A stretch of 64,000 bases of DNA, taken from assembly GCA_000708835.1 (NCBI GenBank), contig DF237027.1, forward strand, positions 1 to 64,000, written 5' to 3'. Shown here in pieces: positions 45,088 to 57,900 of the stretch. The position numbers and the translations under genes are program-made. Position 1 is the first letter of the stretch. Each line of letters starts with the position of its first letter. A model generated the notes under the pieces. It did no database searches, was not told the DNA's origin, and saw nothing but the letters and a program-made list of their open reading frames with translations. Source of the DNA: Klebsormidium nitens (taxonomy: Eukaryota > Plantae > Klebsormidiophyceae).

Positions 45088-47277
45088 ATGTTGTGGCGAA
45101 TCTTTGACCTGTCGCTCGCCGTCTTCTTCGCGCTCTTTGTGTTCATCTCGACCTTTCTGGAGATCCCAGTAAGTCTGATCCTTCTTCTCCCCCTACTTTC
45201 CCCACTTCAACGGAGCTCCTCTGCGTTCATTGCTTAGGCTAGAGGCACATTCAGGCCCAATGTAAAGGTTCCTTTATGTGATTAAAGCTTATTGGTTACT
45301 GCAGGGGAATGGCGCCACCGATGTTGTCATTAATAAGTTCAGTGATTGCTCTAGGGGGCAAGCATTTCAGGATGGTTCTACCCAATTGAGCTGGATACAG
45401 ATGCCTTTGGCCCTCGGACTCTATCTCCTAAGGCTTCCGATTCACCGCTTAGGAAGTCTGACTCTGGGCCACATATCTCTGAAAGGGATTTTTTAGTCAA
45501 CTCAGATTCCTGATAGGAGATTTTAGTCAAGTATCTGAACTTCAACCTCTTGCCTTTTTCTGATTCCAGGTCTGTCTGGGCGAGAAGGTCACCCCAGATT
45601 CAAAGGCTTTTCTGATTGCAGACTCGTACAAGTGGGGGCTGGAGGTAAGAGCAAAGCACCCACAGCCACGGGCGCATCTACTGAACGTCGAATCCCTTTC
45701 CTACTCAATGTCGTCGAAAGTCCTTATTATATGGAACCAGCTCAGCTCAATATCATATTCTACCCCAAATGGTACAATGATTTCTTCCCCTCGTCTAGTT
45801 GCTTGCTAAGTATACTGTGTGTGCAGCTATTGCGATTCTAACCCGGCTCATATCACAAGCTGATGATTTGGAGTTAGCTCGGACTCATCAGGACGTTGTA
45901 AGGTGTCCTGATGATTTTCAGGACACCTTACAACGTGTTCCCCAAGCTTCTTAACCTAGCAATTCTACCAAGTCAACCTGGTTCTCAACCCATCGTTTTC
46001 CTATCCCCCAGGCAGATGTGGTCTGGATCAAGCAACCCGTGTGGAGCCGGTGCGCGGTTTGCATGCACGCCTTTGGTTTCAACGCCGGATATGCGCTGCT
46101 CTGCTTAAGCCTTCTTTTCCGGTGGAACTGGATCCGGATTCCAGGGATAGCAATATGTACTGCCAAACTGTATGCTGGTGCCGTAAGTTTCCGAATCTAG
46201 CTCATCATTCTTCCTTACGGATTTCTGTGCTGAACAACATCCGACTTAATATCAAGAGTACAATCTCGATCACAGTCAGCATCTGATTCTGCTGCAAGTG
46301 AATCCTTGGTCAAAAACAAGGTTTCTGATACAGTAATTGACACGCTTTCATGTGTAAACGTTGCGTTCGCTGTCAAGGTTTTTCACCAAGCGATCAATCT
46401 TAATAGCTCGTAACACAGTTCTTCCCATCAGACGTCTCGTATTTCACTTTGGTGGATTCTCACAAATCCCAAGGAAATGTATGTCGAGCGCATATCACTA
46501 CTGGTGTAGACCCTCTCGACCAACGAAATAGACATTTAGGTGTGTCACCTATGTTTTGTAGAACCACCGATTGAATGCCTCGTTCTTGGATATCCAAAAA
46601 CGCTTCCGCTCTCCCTTCGGACAGCTGTACATGGCGGCCAATCTCCTCGACCCTGAGATGTCCCCTCCAAACCCGACAAAGTTCGTCGCTCAAAGCGCAG
46701 CTTACATGCTCATTCCGCTACTGGTGAGGACAACACCCGTACTCCTTGTAGTAGGAAGCCGTTGAAGCCCAATGATGGTTGTTGTTCCGTTCGGTCGTGG
46801 ATCTGAATGACAGTAAACTGGGCCACAGGGTCAGTTTGCGAGTTCGACGAATGACAGGCGAACCGAATGCACCGTTTTCGTTCTGTCATTGAACCCAGCT
46901 GGGTGCTACCATTAAGCTCTTATTGCACGTAGTGAGAGTGTCTCTTATTATACCTAGTCAATTCCATGAGTAGATGGAGCGGGTACTTCGTAACGTGCAG
47001 CAACTTGAAGATAGCCTATTCAGAACCCTTGTTGTCCTGCACGTTCTGGCTGCTTGCTTCCTTCAATAGAATGTCGTTTCAACGTGGAAGTGGAGATGAG
47101 ACCGACGATAAGGCTTTCGTAAAGTCACGTGTCTCATTGCCTCACGGTTCGTCGTCTGGTCTCTTGTCGTGCTAAGACTTGCGTTTTTCGTCGCAGACGA
47201 TTTTAAGGCTCATCCCGACGGCGCCGTTTCAACGTCAACCACAGAAGCCGAAGGCACTTCGGCCAAAACGTGCTTGA
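45088..47277 (+). CDS. EXPERA-domain (TMEM97/EBP/TM6SF superfamily) four-TM protein, 168 aa
   Basis: Exons 45088-45168, 45570-45644, 46012-46182, 46625-46723, 47197-47277, all phase 0. Helix pattern and motifs QPVW, WNWIRIPGI and YMLIPLLTILRL plus a basic tail fit EXPERA proteins. Confidence 0.75.
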
Positions 47278-48636
47278 GGTGCTACTGAATAAGTTGGTGC
47301 ACAAGCCTGTGGGCAAGCTCTTTGTGTTGAATCTTCCAGTGCTCTTCTTTGCACTATTCCATTGGACGCCTCCATTGCTTATGATTAGCCTACAGTTGCT
47401 GAGTTGCTGTTGAAGATAGTTAGTTGAGGCTACGATCTTATAAGGCCTTCGCAAAGGCCCCCTGAAGTCCCTGCACCACAGGCTGCTAGACGTTGCAGAG
47501 ATGAGTCCCGCGCGGGCTTTCAAGTGAAGCCGCTTGATCGACCCTAGAGCTGTCGGATCAAGCTCGGTTGTCGGGCCAATGTTCACAGGAATACAAAGAA
47601 TGGATGGCGCGGATCGCCGCTGGATGCAAATGGTAAGCTGGTCCGGTCTGCAATTGGGCCCGAGGTATCGAGTGCCACTTGATGACACAGTGTCAGATTA
47701 TCATGGTCAAAATTTTGGATGGGTATGCTCAACACTGAACTCACGCATTACAAGTTTGCCACATGCCGATCGAGGGGCGCACTCCGATCGCAGCCCCTGC
47801 TGCAACCCGCACAGGCATGATATCAATGATGTACATCATGATTCTGTTTGAAGCCACTCTGCACCTAGAAGATGCGACCGCGCCGGGCGCATCGCGGTGA
47901 GGCTGCCGGCTATAACCAAAAATATATATATCCCATGTGCTGCACATGCACGACATTCATCATTGAGGCAATCTGCATGAAATTGCTAGTCGTTAAGTGG
48001 GGCCGGATGTGATTGACTATACGTTGATGGCATGGCGCCAGGCGATCCCTTGTAGCTTCGCATGCATGCCAATCATGCTAATTGAAGTTCGGGCTGCATG
48101 ATCAGCAATGTTGGTGACCACGCATCACGCGCGACCCTATCATCGCCTCTTTCAGGCTTCGGCGCGCATGGCATGTCTATTGTGCGTCGAAAGCACATGC
48201 ATATGATGCGAGCAAGCCCCAGTAAGAAATCAAAGCAGCAGGGTTGCAACGTAGCTGCTTCGGATGATTGGCATGAAATATAGACACTGTTGGTTCTGCG
48301 ATGTTACACTACAGTGCGGCAGCACCAATCTTGGCGCATTGTGCAAGCTAACATTGTCGGCTACTTGTCAACACCTGCCCATGACAAAGTATGGCTTGAG
48401 TGACGGTCACTCAATTTGCCAGGTTGATCCACCACCGGGGACAGCTCAGCAACTGTGCGACCAATGCACGCCGTGCGTATCCCACGGGAACACAACCACG
48501 ACATTGGGCTGTCTGGTTTGTATCCACCGCACTTTTTCCTACCAGTTGATCCCAATGAGGGGGCTCCGCTTTCAAGTTTCGGGGAGCAGAATCAGTTGCC
48601 CCGTGAAACTCGTCGGCGCACCAAGCCCCCTCCTAT

Positions 48637-51600
48637 CTAGACCGCCGCGGTTCCAGCCGTGAAGGACGGGTCCTTGTAACGGTACTCGCCGTCGGGCCCG
48701 ATGCCGAAGCCCTTGGGGTCGGGGAACACGTTCTGCAGCAGCTGGGTCCGCTCGGGGTGCGGGCTGGCCTCAGCAAACTCGACGGCCTCGTCGATCACCT
48801 CCTCAATCTGCAGGAGTTGAGGTAGAGAACCTACTCAGAGCCTGCTCGCGGATTACTCGGCCAAAGCCCGATGTAGGGATCGCTCTTTCTTCAACCAGGT
48901 GCGAGAGGCCAGGTTTGTGCTCAAGAACACGATCCGCCTATAGATGTGCAGAGAGAAGTACGTGACAGGACAGAGAAGACCCATCGACGGATTGGCAGCC
49001 AGTTCGGACGCTCCTCGATGCCGTCCACGAGGATTCGGTAGCGAAAATATATTTTAAAAGATCGATTACTTTTCTAAAGTGTCGAGCTAAAAGCTCAGAC
49101 AACAGTGTTGGAAATCACGAAGTCCTTACAAGGACGGTAAGCGGGTTTACAAAACGTCCGGTAGCTGTACACTAGCTGTTAATCGGACCTACTCTCCGAT
49201 AGAATGTTATACTAATCAGCAAGCTTGAACCTCCAGAGCCACTGCCGAAAGGACGTTTGACACCTACAAGGCACGTTCCTCGAAGAACAATCTGAACGAG
49301 GCCACAGCATGTGTGCAAGCCTTTCTGATTTTAGGCATACGACCTAGCCCGAGCGTTCGTGTGCTGGCATTCAACGCGGGACCAGAACGAGACTTGAGAG
49401 CAGAACTGAAACAGAGGAGACAGACACAGAGTGGAGAGAATCGGTTCAAAACAAGACCAGCATCGAGGGTTCAAAGGGGACACTCACCTTCTTGTCAATT
49501 GCTACGAAGTCATCCTCCTTTGCCAGCCCGTGCTCGAGCATGTGGTTCTTGAGCTGCTTAATGGGGTCACGTTTTGCGTACTTCGCCTTCTCCTCTGCAA
49601 TCAACTTCCCAGGAATCAGAGGACAGTTGGTCAAGACATTTCAGTGCGGAAGCTTTGCCCGAAAAGGAGCAACGGCGGTGTCACTATATTTTTCTGTGAA
49701 CCGTTTCGATGCAAGGCGGCGAAAACAAGGCGATCGATGGTTGAGAAGCGAAAGTACGTAGAACGTGTCAAAAGCTCGAGGACATCTAGCTCTTCCTGAT
49801 GTACCTTCCGTCGAACAATCGACCGGAAGAATCATTGTACGATCTGAGGATCCTCCAGTCAACAATGCTAACCGCAGAAAACAGGTTTTGTCTGCGGTTG
49901 AAAAAGTGGTCACGTGAACGGCGGTTCTAATCGAACGCGGGTGAGAATGCTCACCCGGGTCTCTCAGCTCATCCGGATCGGCCAGAGAGTGTCCCCTGAA
50001 CCGGTAAGTCTCGCACTCAACGAGCGTTGGGCCGTCGCCCCGCCGAGCTCGAGCGATCGCTTCCTTCGCAACCTCGCGCACCTGGAGAAAAGGTGTTACG
50101 AGCTTCAGAACTCCTGTTCTTTAGGAAACCGTTTCCAGCTGTCTCGTCCAATTTCGGTGCTGAGTAAAACACAGAAGCATACCTTGAGCGGGCAACGTAT
50201 TCGCAGACCTTGAGAGTCTTAAAAGAAGTCTGACCAGAAGTTGGTAGATTGTCTGAACCAAAGCGCAAATTTCTTGCGTCCTTGCCCTTGAGCACGAGCA
50301 TCCAATAAGTACGCGCCAGGCATGCAAACGGTTCACACAAGCTCGGTCAATCTGACGGCCCAAGATTGCGCTGACCAGGATCGGACGGCCACCAAGTGCT
50401 CCAAGCTCACCTTGAGAACGTCCATACCGTCAACGTGAATGCCGGGCATGCCAAACGGCTCGCCCTTCTTCCAGATCTCGGGGACAGAAGTCGCCCGGTA
50501 GTGGTTCATCCCGATGGCCCACAGATTGTTCTCAACCACGAAGAGGATTGGCAGCTTCCACAGGGCTGCAAGTGACGGAGCGGATTAGCAATCGAAAATC
50601 GGGTTACCAAGTGGACGTTAACAAGAGTCGAGGGCTTCGAAAGAAGTGAACGAGTCCACCAAAAGAGCGAAGTTTGAGATGATGACAGCTTTCAGAGTGA
50701 AACGGAGGCACAAAGATCTGCCAGGCTATTCGACCAACGAGGTCACAAAACATTAGGTTCAGAATAGGTTCAAAGCTAACTTATAAGCAGTAAGCGCGAG
50801 TGCAAGGGAAGGGGGATAGAACTATGATGCTACTAAAGAGCTGAGTTCTTCTTGCTGTGCGAATCTTGATACATGAACGAAGTGAAAGCGGGCTTCCTCA
50901 ACGTTTGTGAACGACTTCCGATAGCCAGAATGTCCTCTGTACTGGATGACCCATTCAGGAAAATGCAGTTTTCCATTGAGAAAACATCAGCACTACTTGC
51001 CAGCAACTCAATACGCCTGGACCAAGCACCAAAAAAGCGTACCCAAAGCTCAAGTTGGCACTTAATTCTCTTCGGCAAGCCCAGTAGTCGTTGAGATTCT
51101 TCCTGAAGATACGTCCTGATGACTGCTCATTCCTTTTGGCAAGTGACACACTAATAAAACCAGAAGCCGTTTAGGCTTCCGCCAGAAAAAGATCCAAAAG
51201 TCCGACCTCTGGCAATGCCACAACCAAGGACTTGTAACGGGAACACAACCCCTGGCTCTTACCTGCCATGTTGAGGCACTCGTAGAAAGACCCGTTGTTG
51301 GTCGTTCCATCCCCAAAGAACGCAATTGTGACCTGGTCCGCAGTCTCGTCGCCCATAGCCTCCTTCCGGTACTTGGTCTGGAAAGCGGCGCCCGTAGCTA
51401 CAGGGATCCCCTCAGCAATAAACGCGAAGCCCCCAAGCATGTTCCACTCCTTGGAGAAGAGATGCATCGACCCGCCCTGGCCTCGGCAGCAGCCGGTGGA
51501 CTTGCCGAAAAGTTCCGCCATTATTTGCCTGCAAGGAAAAGCGTGATACGGTTGAGCTTCTTGTATTGCTATCACAATCTGTTCCACTTGATCTGTTCTG

Positions 51601-53776
51601 CTTTTGGTCGGATAGAAAGAGAAAGGCTGGTTGTGTGGGTTCTGTTGTACTTCATAAGAGATTGTTTGTCAGCTTCTGCCAGCTTTGCGGAGCCTGGTGC
51701 GAGCATGAAAAGACAAATAGCTCCGCCGACTTTGCCAGGAGGCTGATTGACTTTTAGAATGGTTCTTCGCAACATGCATCTTTCCAGTTTGACTTTCCTC
51801 TTCTGCAACATCCGATCGATTGTAACCAACTGCTAACACGGCTGACGAACAAGCAGAGCGATTCCACTTCACCGATGCAACTGTGCTCCGAGTCACCTTT
51901 GCTCGTCTCAATCCCCTGTCTTTCACGCACAGGACAAATATGAAGCACTTGAACTTACCTTGAAGGCACCCCCTTGCTGACTGCGTGTACGTGATCTCTG
52001 TATGTACTGCACACGTAGTCATCTTGGCGCAGATACTTGATGAACCCAGTGGAGACGGCCTCTTGTCCATTGTACAGATGGACAAACCCAAACATCTTCC
52101 CCCGGTAGTACATTTGCGCGCACATGTCCTCGAACGTGCGCCCTAGTACCATGTCCTCGTACAGCATCAGGCCCTCCTGCTTGTCGACCGGCTGCACAAA
52201 GGGGGCAAGTAGAACGTGCTTATCTTCAGGGGAAGCACGATCTGTTTGGGGGTTGCGGCGGAGGTTGTGTTCTTCTTGGAAGCAGACAAAAACCAGCCTT
52301 CAAAGTGCTCGACGGAGTAGGGGAACCTTTCATGATGCAAGAAAGGATGAAGTGGTGCATAAGGAAAGAAGACTCAAATGAAAATGGGTGAAGTAATATA
52401 TCTCAGTTTATCAGGAAGGGATGCTCGCGTCTGGTGTTGAGGTAGCCTCTGCCCCTGAGCTGAACGACCAGCACTAAAATTGAGGCGTGAGGCATCAGCG
52501 TGATCATGCTGAGATCAGCTATTGAATTGAAACTCTGAAAGCTCCAGGGACATGCATTGATGCATGGTCTCTTACTTTACTCCGCGCACCATAGCGCTTT
52601 TGCTGATCCTGCCAAACCTTTCCTCCTTCTTGAAGGTCGTGAATTTGCTATCCAGTTAGCCATATATTTTACGGAAAGCAAGCAAAATCCTTCATATTCT
52701 GCACTGAAGATCCCTGCCTACTCATGTCTTAGAACCAAGCTCTGAAAGCAGCGAACGTGACATCTTCTACTCAAATGCTTAGCCTGGTCCCAGCTTCTGA
52801 GAATTCGCTGCAATGATCGCACACTACCGAGCAACTGCAAAGTACAACGCTGAAAGTTGTGTGTCATCATGAGCCATGCGCATGTATCTTGGCTTGCTTG
52901 CTGCCACCCTGGTGGCAAAAGGCATTTTGAGGAATGGATGTGCAGATATGGATGGACAACTAGATTGCAATGTAAGGAAGAGACAGGAAGAGCAGCTTGA
53001 TCGTCACGGAATGCACAATACTTCAGGTCTAGGGTTCCTGGCCAACAGTACAGCCAATAGTCATTCTTTTGATGTCAAGAATCTCGCTTTGCTCCTTGCT
53101 GGTTTACACAGATTACTGACATTGCGAAGCGCTCTAGAGGCACACAGCATTTGCTTCGGTCTCTTGAGAAACTGATCGACCAAAGAGATGCAAACAGATG
53201 CAACCATACGAGCGCAGATAACTTGGAGCTTGCTCGACTCAAACTTAGCACACTTATTGTCGAGGTAAAAGAGTGCCCTTCGCCTGGTAAGCAGGACTTT
53301 TGCGGCCAAAATGGGACAAACTTTCAGCATGATTCTTACACAGCTCGACGAACTTGCTTGAGAAACCAGATCACTATGACGTCCAAGCAATGCATTGAGA
53401 CATCGTGATCAAAAAAGGCCTGACAAGTCTAGATGAGAATGACCGATCAGATGAACAGATCTGCAGCAAGCCGAGAAAGACAATAAAGGCTCCTTACACT
53501 TTCTTGCGTCGACGGCCTGTCAACAACCTCTGCAACCGCCCTAATGCCAGCGGCCCTAACTGCCGGCCTTTCAACCGGTCTCGTCTGCGCCTGCATAGCT
53601 GCAAGACCGTTGCCTAGCATCTCGGATCGGAATCCCCCATGCCTAAGAGGCGACGATTTTGACTGCACGAAAGGACAATGCACTCTCGACTGCGCGCGAG
53701 CCTCTTTCCTGAACGACTTGTTCAGAGCAGCAGAGGAGCAAGCTGCGGGGGCGCGAGCAACACCAGCTGCGGCCAT
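48637..53776 (-). CDS. PDH-E1alpha: Plastid pyruvate dehydrogenase E1 alpha subunit with transit peptide (445 aa)
   Basis: Exons 53776-53498, 52191-51959, 51528-51263, 50565-50411, 50081-49955, 49594-49488, 48807-48637. Motifs [38 protein letters not shown] (TPP-binding) and [13 protein letters not shown]. The C-terminus [14 protein letters not shown] is of the plastid type; the N-terminus is Ala/Ser/Arg-rich. Confidence 0.96.
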
Positions 53777-54947
53777 GGCTGCTGGTGGCTGTTGGTCTCT
53801 TGCTCTCCTACTTCAAAGTCGCAAGACAACCCCTGCTCTGCGCCGGGCAATGGTCAGGATATCTGACTGATAATAGCGTAGCGCAGGAGTCGGACCCTCT
53901 CGCTGAAACACTGGGCAGGTCGTTGAAGGCGCCCTAATTCGAACGCTTCGCTGTTGGATCAGCTAGTAGGCTTTGCGAACCTTTCCCTTAGCCAGCCTTC
54001 CTCTTGTGCCTCGACACATGCGCTTTTGAGGCCGGAAAAGCGCCTCTTGCAATTGATCACACGCAAAATTGCGGCGAAGCCCCCATTTGAAGCTGGGATA
54101 GAAAGCAACGACGGGGCTTCGCCAGATGTTGGAGGCGATGGTGGAGATGGCGCTGGCTTTCTGCACATCCCTTCACATGACACGTAAGCAGCCATTTTGA
54201 GCCACCAGTAAAGCCCTTTCCAAACCTCGCGGCAGGAGCGGCGGGCCTCATCAAAAATGGCGCCGCGGCCGCACGCGGGCAAAGCCGCAGGGCTTGTATA
54301 GAAAGAAACATGTTTACACTACTAATATTATGATTTAGCGATTGCATGTGCGTTCAGGCGTTGAGAAGTGGTGCTCCAGGATACTTGCTTTCACAAAGTA
54401 GGCCAAAGACAGTTGAAGAGGGCCGTACGGTCTTCATTTTGTGCTCAAGGGCACTACTAGCACTTCCATCCCTGCATCGGATCGACGGGAGATTCAAATT
54501 GCTTTTTAAGAGCCTGTCTTTGCCCGCTTTGATAGATTCTCAGGTTCAGAAGTCCAGCCAAGAGAGTGCTGCGTTTTCCTGCCTTTAGCACCATCATTCA
54601 ATCAAATAGAACTCAAGCTTAGGCTTTCACAATTGTCAATGGTAAATTGTGGACGGTACCAGTCAGCGCCTGCATGTACTGGAGGAATCCTGGTGCGAGT
54701 CTAATGCAGCAACAAGCTGCCACTTTGGCATGAAGTTTCTTCTCTAGAGTATTACAAGTTAAGATAGCAACAACCTAGCTTGCTACTTACAGCGTTACAC
54801 AACGAGCTAAAGCTGACAGTGGTTTGCAGAACCAGAGGCGGGGGTGGTGGCAGTATCCAACCATTCAGGCCGTACCCCAGGACCATAATATCTCAAAGAT
54901 GACCAGTCTGAATTGCTGAACATTGAAAGAGCTCAGGAACAGAGCGG
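53777..54947. promoter_or_regulatory. Divergent (bidirectional) promoter region between PDH-E1alpha and FOLT1-like
   Basis: Start codons are 1.17 kb apart, head-to-head, with a GC-rich core near 54230-54290. The same layout occurs at 7200-7893 and 43094-45087. Confidence 0.55.
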
Positions 54948-57900
54948 ATGTCACACCCTGAGCCAGGAGACGGTTCCGAGGAAGGGCCGACATCCGCTGA
55001 TGATGCAGTAGCAACATTAACCCGGGACAGCTCGCCAACAGGCGCTGCAAGGAGAAAGTCTAGCTCAAGAGCATCAGTCGTCAAAAGTGAACAGTCTACA
55101 GTAGATGCCGGTGGGAAGCCTTGGTGGGCCTTTCGTAAGCAAAGCCACGCCGTAAGACCAAGTACAGAGAGTGCATTGCAAAGATCCAATGTTTTGGCGA
55201 AGTTTATCAGGAGTGCTGCTGAAACAGAGGTGGAACCCCCTGCGGTTTTAAGGAGAGCAAGAAAGCCGGGCTTCCTAAAGAAGTTGCCCCCTTGGCAAGA
55301 TGCGCTTGCGGGGGCGACAGCCGGCCTGGGGTCCACCCTATTGCTACACCCCCTGGATGTGATCAAGACGCGATTACAAGGTGCAGTGATGAAACCTCAC
55401 TTCTTTGGGTCAAAATCTCACCTTTCCGGTGTACTTGTGATGAACGGACACTGCGGAGAGGGGGTCTATGAGTCATACCACCTTGGACAGTGATATAAGG
55501 TGACTGAGCAGATCTTGGTCAGGCAGGAAAAAGAACGGAGAAAATATTGACGCTTTGTTGGAACAGTGGGAGTGCAAGCTGCAGAACTGTTATAGAGTTC
55601 TGTTCTTCCGCAACACAATTGGTGTAGTTTTGCAACCATGTCAGCACCAGGCCAAAGGGTCGGGAGATATGTGACTTGGCCTCTTGATTGGGGCTACAGA
55701 TGACTTTGAAGATCTCTTCCTCTTGGGTTGCAGTGCAAGATGGAGCTGGACTACAGATTCCCAAGTATCGGGGCACCTTCCACGCTTTTCGGAGCATCCT
55801 GCAAAACGAGGTGAGGGGCAAGTCCTCCTATGTTGACAGTTCCCCAGCTAAGAAGCAGATACTACAGTGTCTGCTAGTATCCTGAAAGCTTTTGTTTCAA
55901 GGAGTTCTCTTTCAGTTATCTTTCTTTCACTAGAGACAACGGTGTTGGTTCTAGCTTGAAACCGAAAGCTGGTATTGTCATGTCGGATCTCAGCGGTGTC
56001 ATTAATGATCTAGTACAGCTGCATCAGTAGCATTATGTCAAGGCGGAGTGGTCCGCATCCCCGTCCAACTTGCAATGCCACCTACGTTCAAGAAGTGTAG
56101 AAATGACCACATCTTTCGCCGCATCCTTATACTCCTCCGCACAGAACTCAGGACAGCAACTGTGTTCATTTTGTGCAGGGAGGCAGGGCCTTGTACGGCG
56201 GTCTTGGGCCTGCTATTCTTGGGTCGTCCATCTCGTGGGGGATCTATTTTTCCTAGTAAGCTCTCGCTCTTTTCCATCTTCACCCGATTGCTCGTGCCAA
56301 TATGCCATCATATAGCCGATTCGTCATTTGAATCTAAACACAAAGCAATTTTCGGGTGTGCTCGTGGATTTAAATATGTCGCCAAACAAGGTTTCTGTAA
56401 GTTTCAATTCGGGGAAGACTGTACAGATTGACCCCAATCCATGCACTTACTGAAACGTCGTGGCACTCGAAGTGCAGTTACAGCGGCGCGAAACGGCGGT
56501 ACCAGCGGTGGACCGGTCGGAAGGAGCTCAGTGCGCCTCTTCACCTGCTGGCTGCGGGGGAGGCTGGGGTAGTGGTAAGTCAGCTCATTCTCCAGAGTAT
56601 GTATCATGAACCCCACTTTTATGAGCTTGAGCCAACATCATGCTAACTCGAATTCACACATGGACCTGCTCCGCCAGGAGCCTCACTAACCCCACCCGTC
56701 TCAAACAGGTTATTTTGTGATAACTTGAACTTCTGGTAAGGAACTCAAAAACCTATGCAAGTGGGGGCAACGCTTCGGTCACTAATCTTTTTGACGCTCT
56801 CTGTAGCTCCTCGCTCCGATCGTTGCATTATCAACCGCTTTGCCCGGCGGTGGATGTTCTGAGGGCGACAGGAACTCTGTCGACCACGGGTTGAACTTCT
56901 CTCTGACGCCAAGAAACGACTTCTGGGGCAAGTCATAAGTCCAGATGTTTGGGCGATGGTAGACATCATGGCGCGTCTCCAAATCCTACTTGTCGACAGT
57001 GTTCCAGACGAGTCGAACGTTAGGGTAGACCAGCCGAATGACATAAAGCCACATTTGCTGGTCTTTCGCAGTGCGCCATCTGCACAAATCCCATCTGGGT
57101 CCTGAAAACGCGCCTCCAGATCCAAGAAAAGCTGCGGGTCGCGGCAGGCCAGCAACTCGCGCAGACGTCGTCTCTCATACCTTACCGGGGCACCTACGGT
57201 GAGTGCTGACGTCATTCGCCTATAGTTAGCCCGTTTTATGATTCCTTGCTGACAGCGGAATGGATGCTTCGTTCTTAAGCCTCCAGGATACCCAATTGCG
57301 CGGATTCCAATTTAGGATTGCCCGAAGTGTTCAAGAGATGAAAAGAACGGGCGGGGCTCTCTTTTGTGCTGCCAGATCGATCTCACGGAATCGAATTGAA
57401 GGAAGGGCGCATGATGTGGGGAGCACGAGACGCTTCATTAATTGTGGTGATAACCTTGGCCGTCGTCCTGTTGCCTTGTGACATAGAAACTCGCATTTCC
57501 AAGTCATTATCGTAGTTTGAAGCCCGCTTGGCGAAAGCAGCGTCAGCGTTCCGTCTAACCCATCTCTCTGTGTCATTGTTCGCAGACGCCTTCTGGAGCA
57601 TTCTCCGGGAAGAGGGCGTGCAGGGCTTCTACCGGGGCCTGGTACCCAGCCTATTGCTGGTGAGCAGTTCCTTTTTTGGCCTGCATTTTCGATTTCAAAG
57701 CCAGTCGTTTCATAACCTTCAACACGTCCGACAGGTGCAGTCGGCCCCTTTATCATCAGCCTTAGGGTAGTTCATGGCACGAGAAGTTCCACCTAGAATC
57801 GAAGCCCTTTCATCATCAACGCTTCGCAACGACATGCGAGCATCGCTTCTGCATAGTCGAAAATCAGCATTTCTTCCTATCGATTTTCTTGTGGAAGCCC

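Noticed and set aside
45555-45625. Exon-internal ttttctgattgcag echoing the acceptor ttttctgattccag in the EXPERA gene
   Set aside because: A 14-nt match that encodes in-frame protein; not clearly a duplication.
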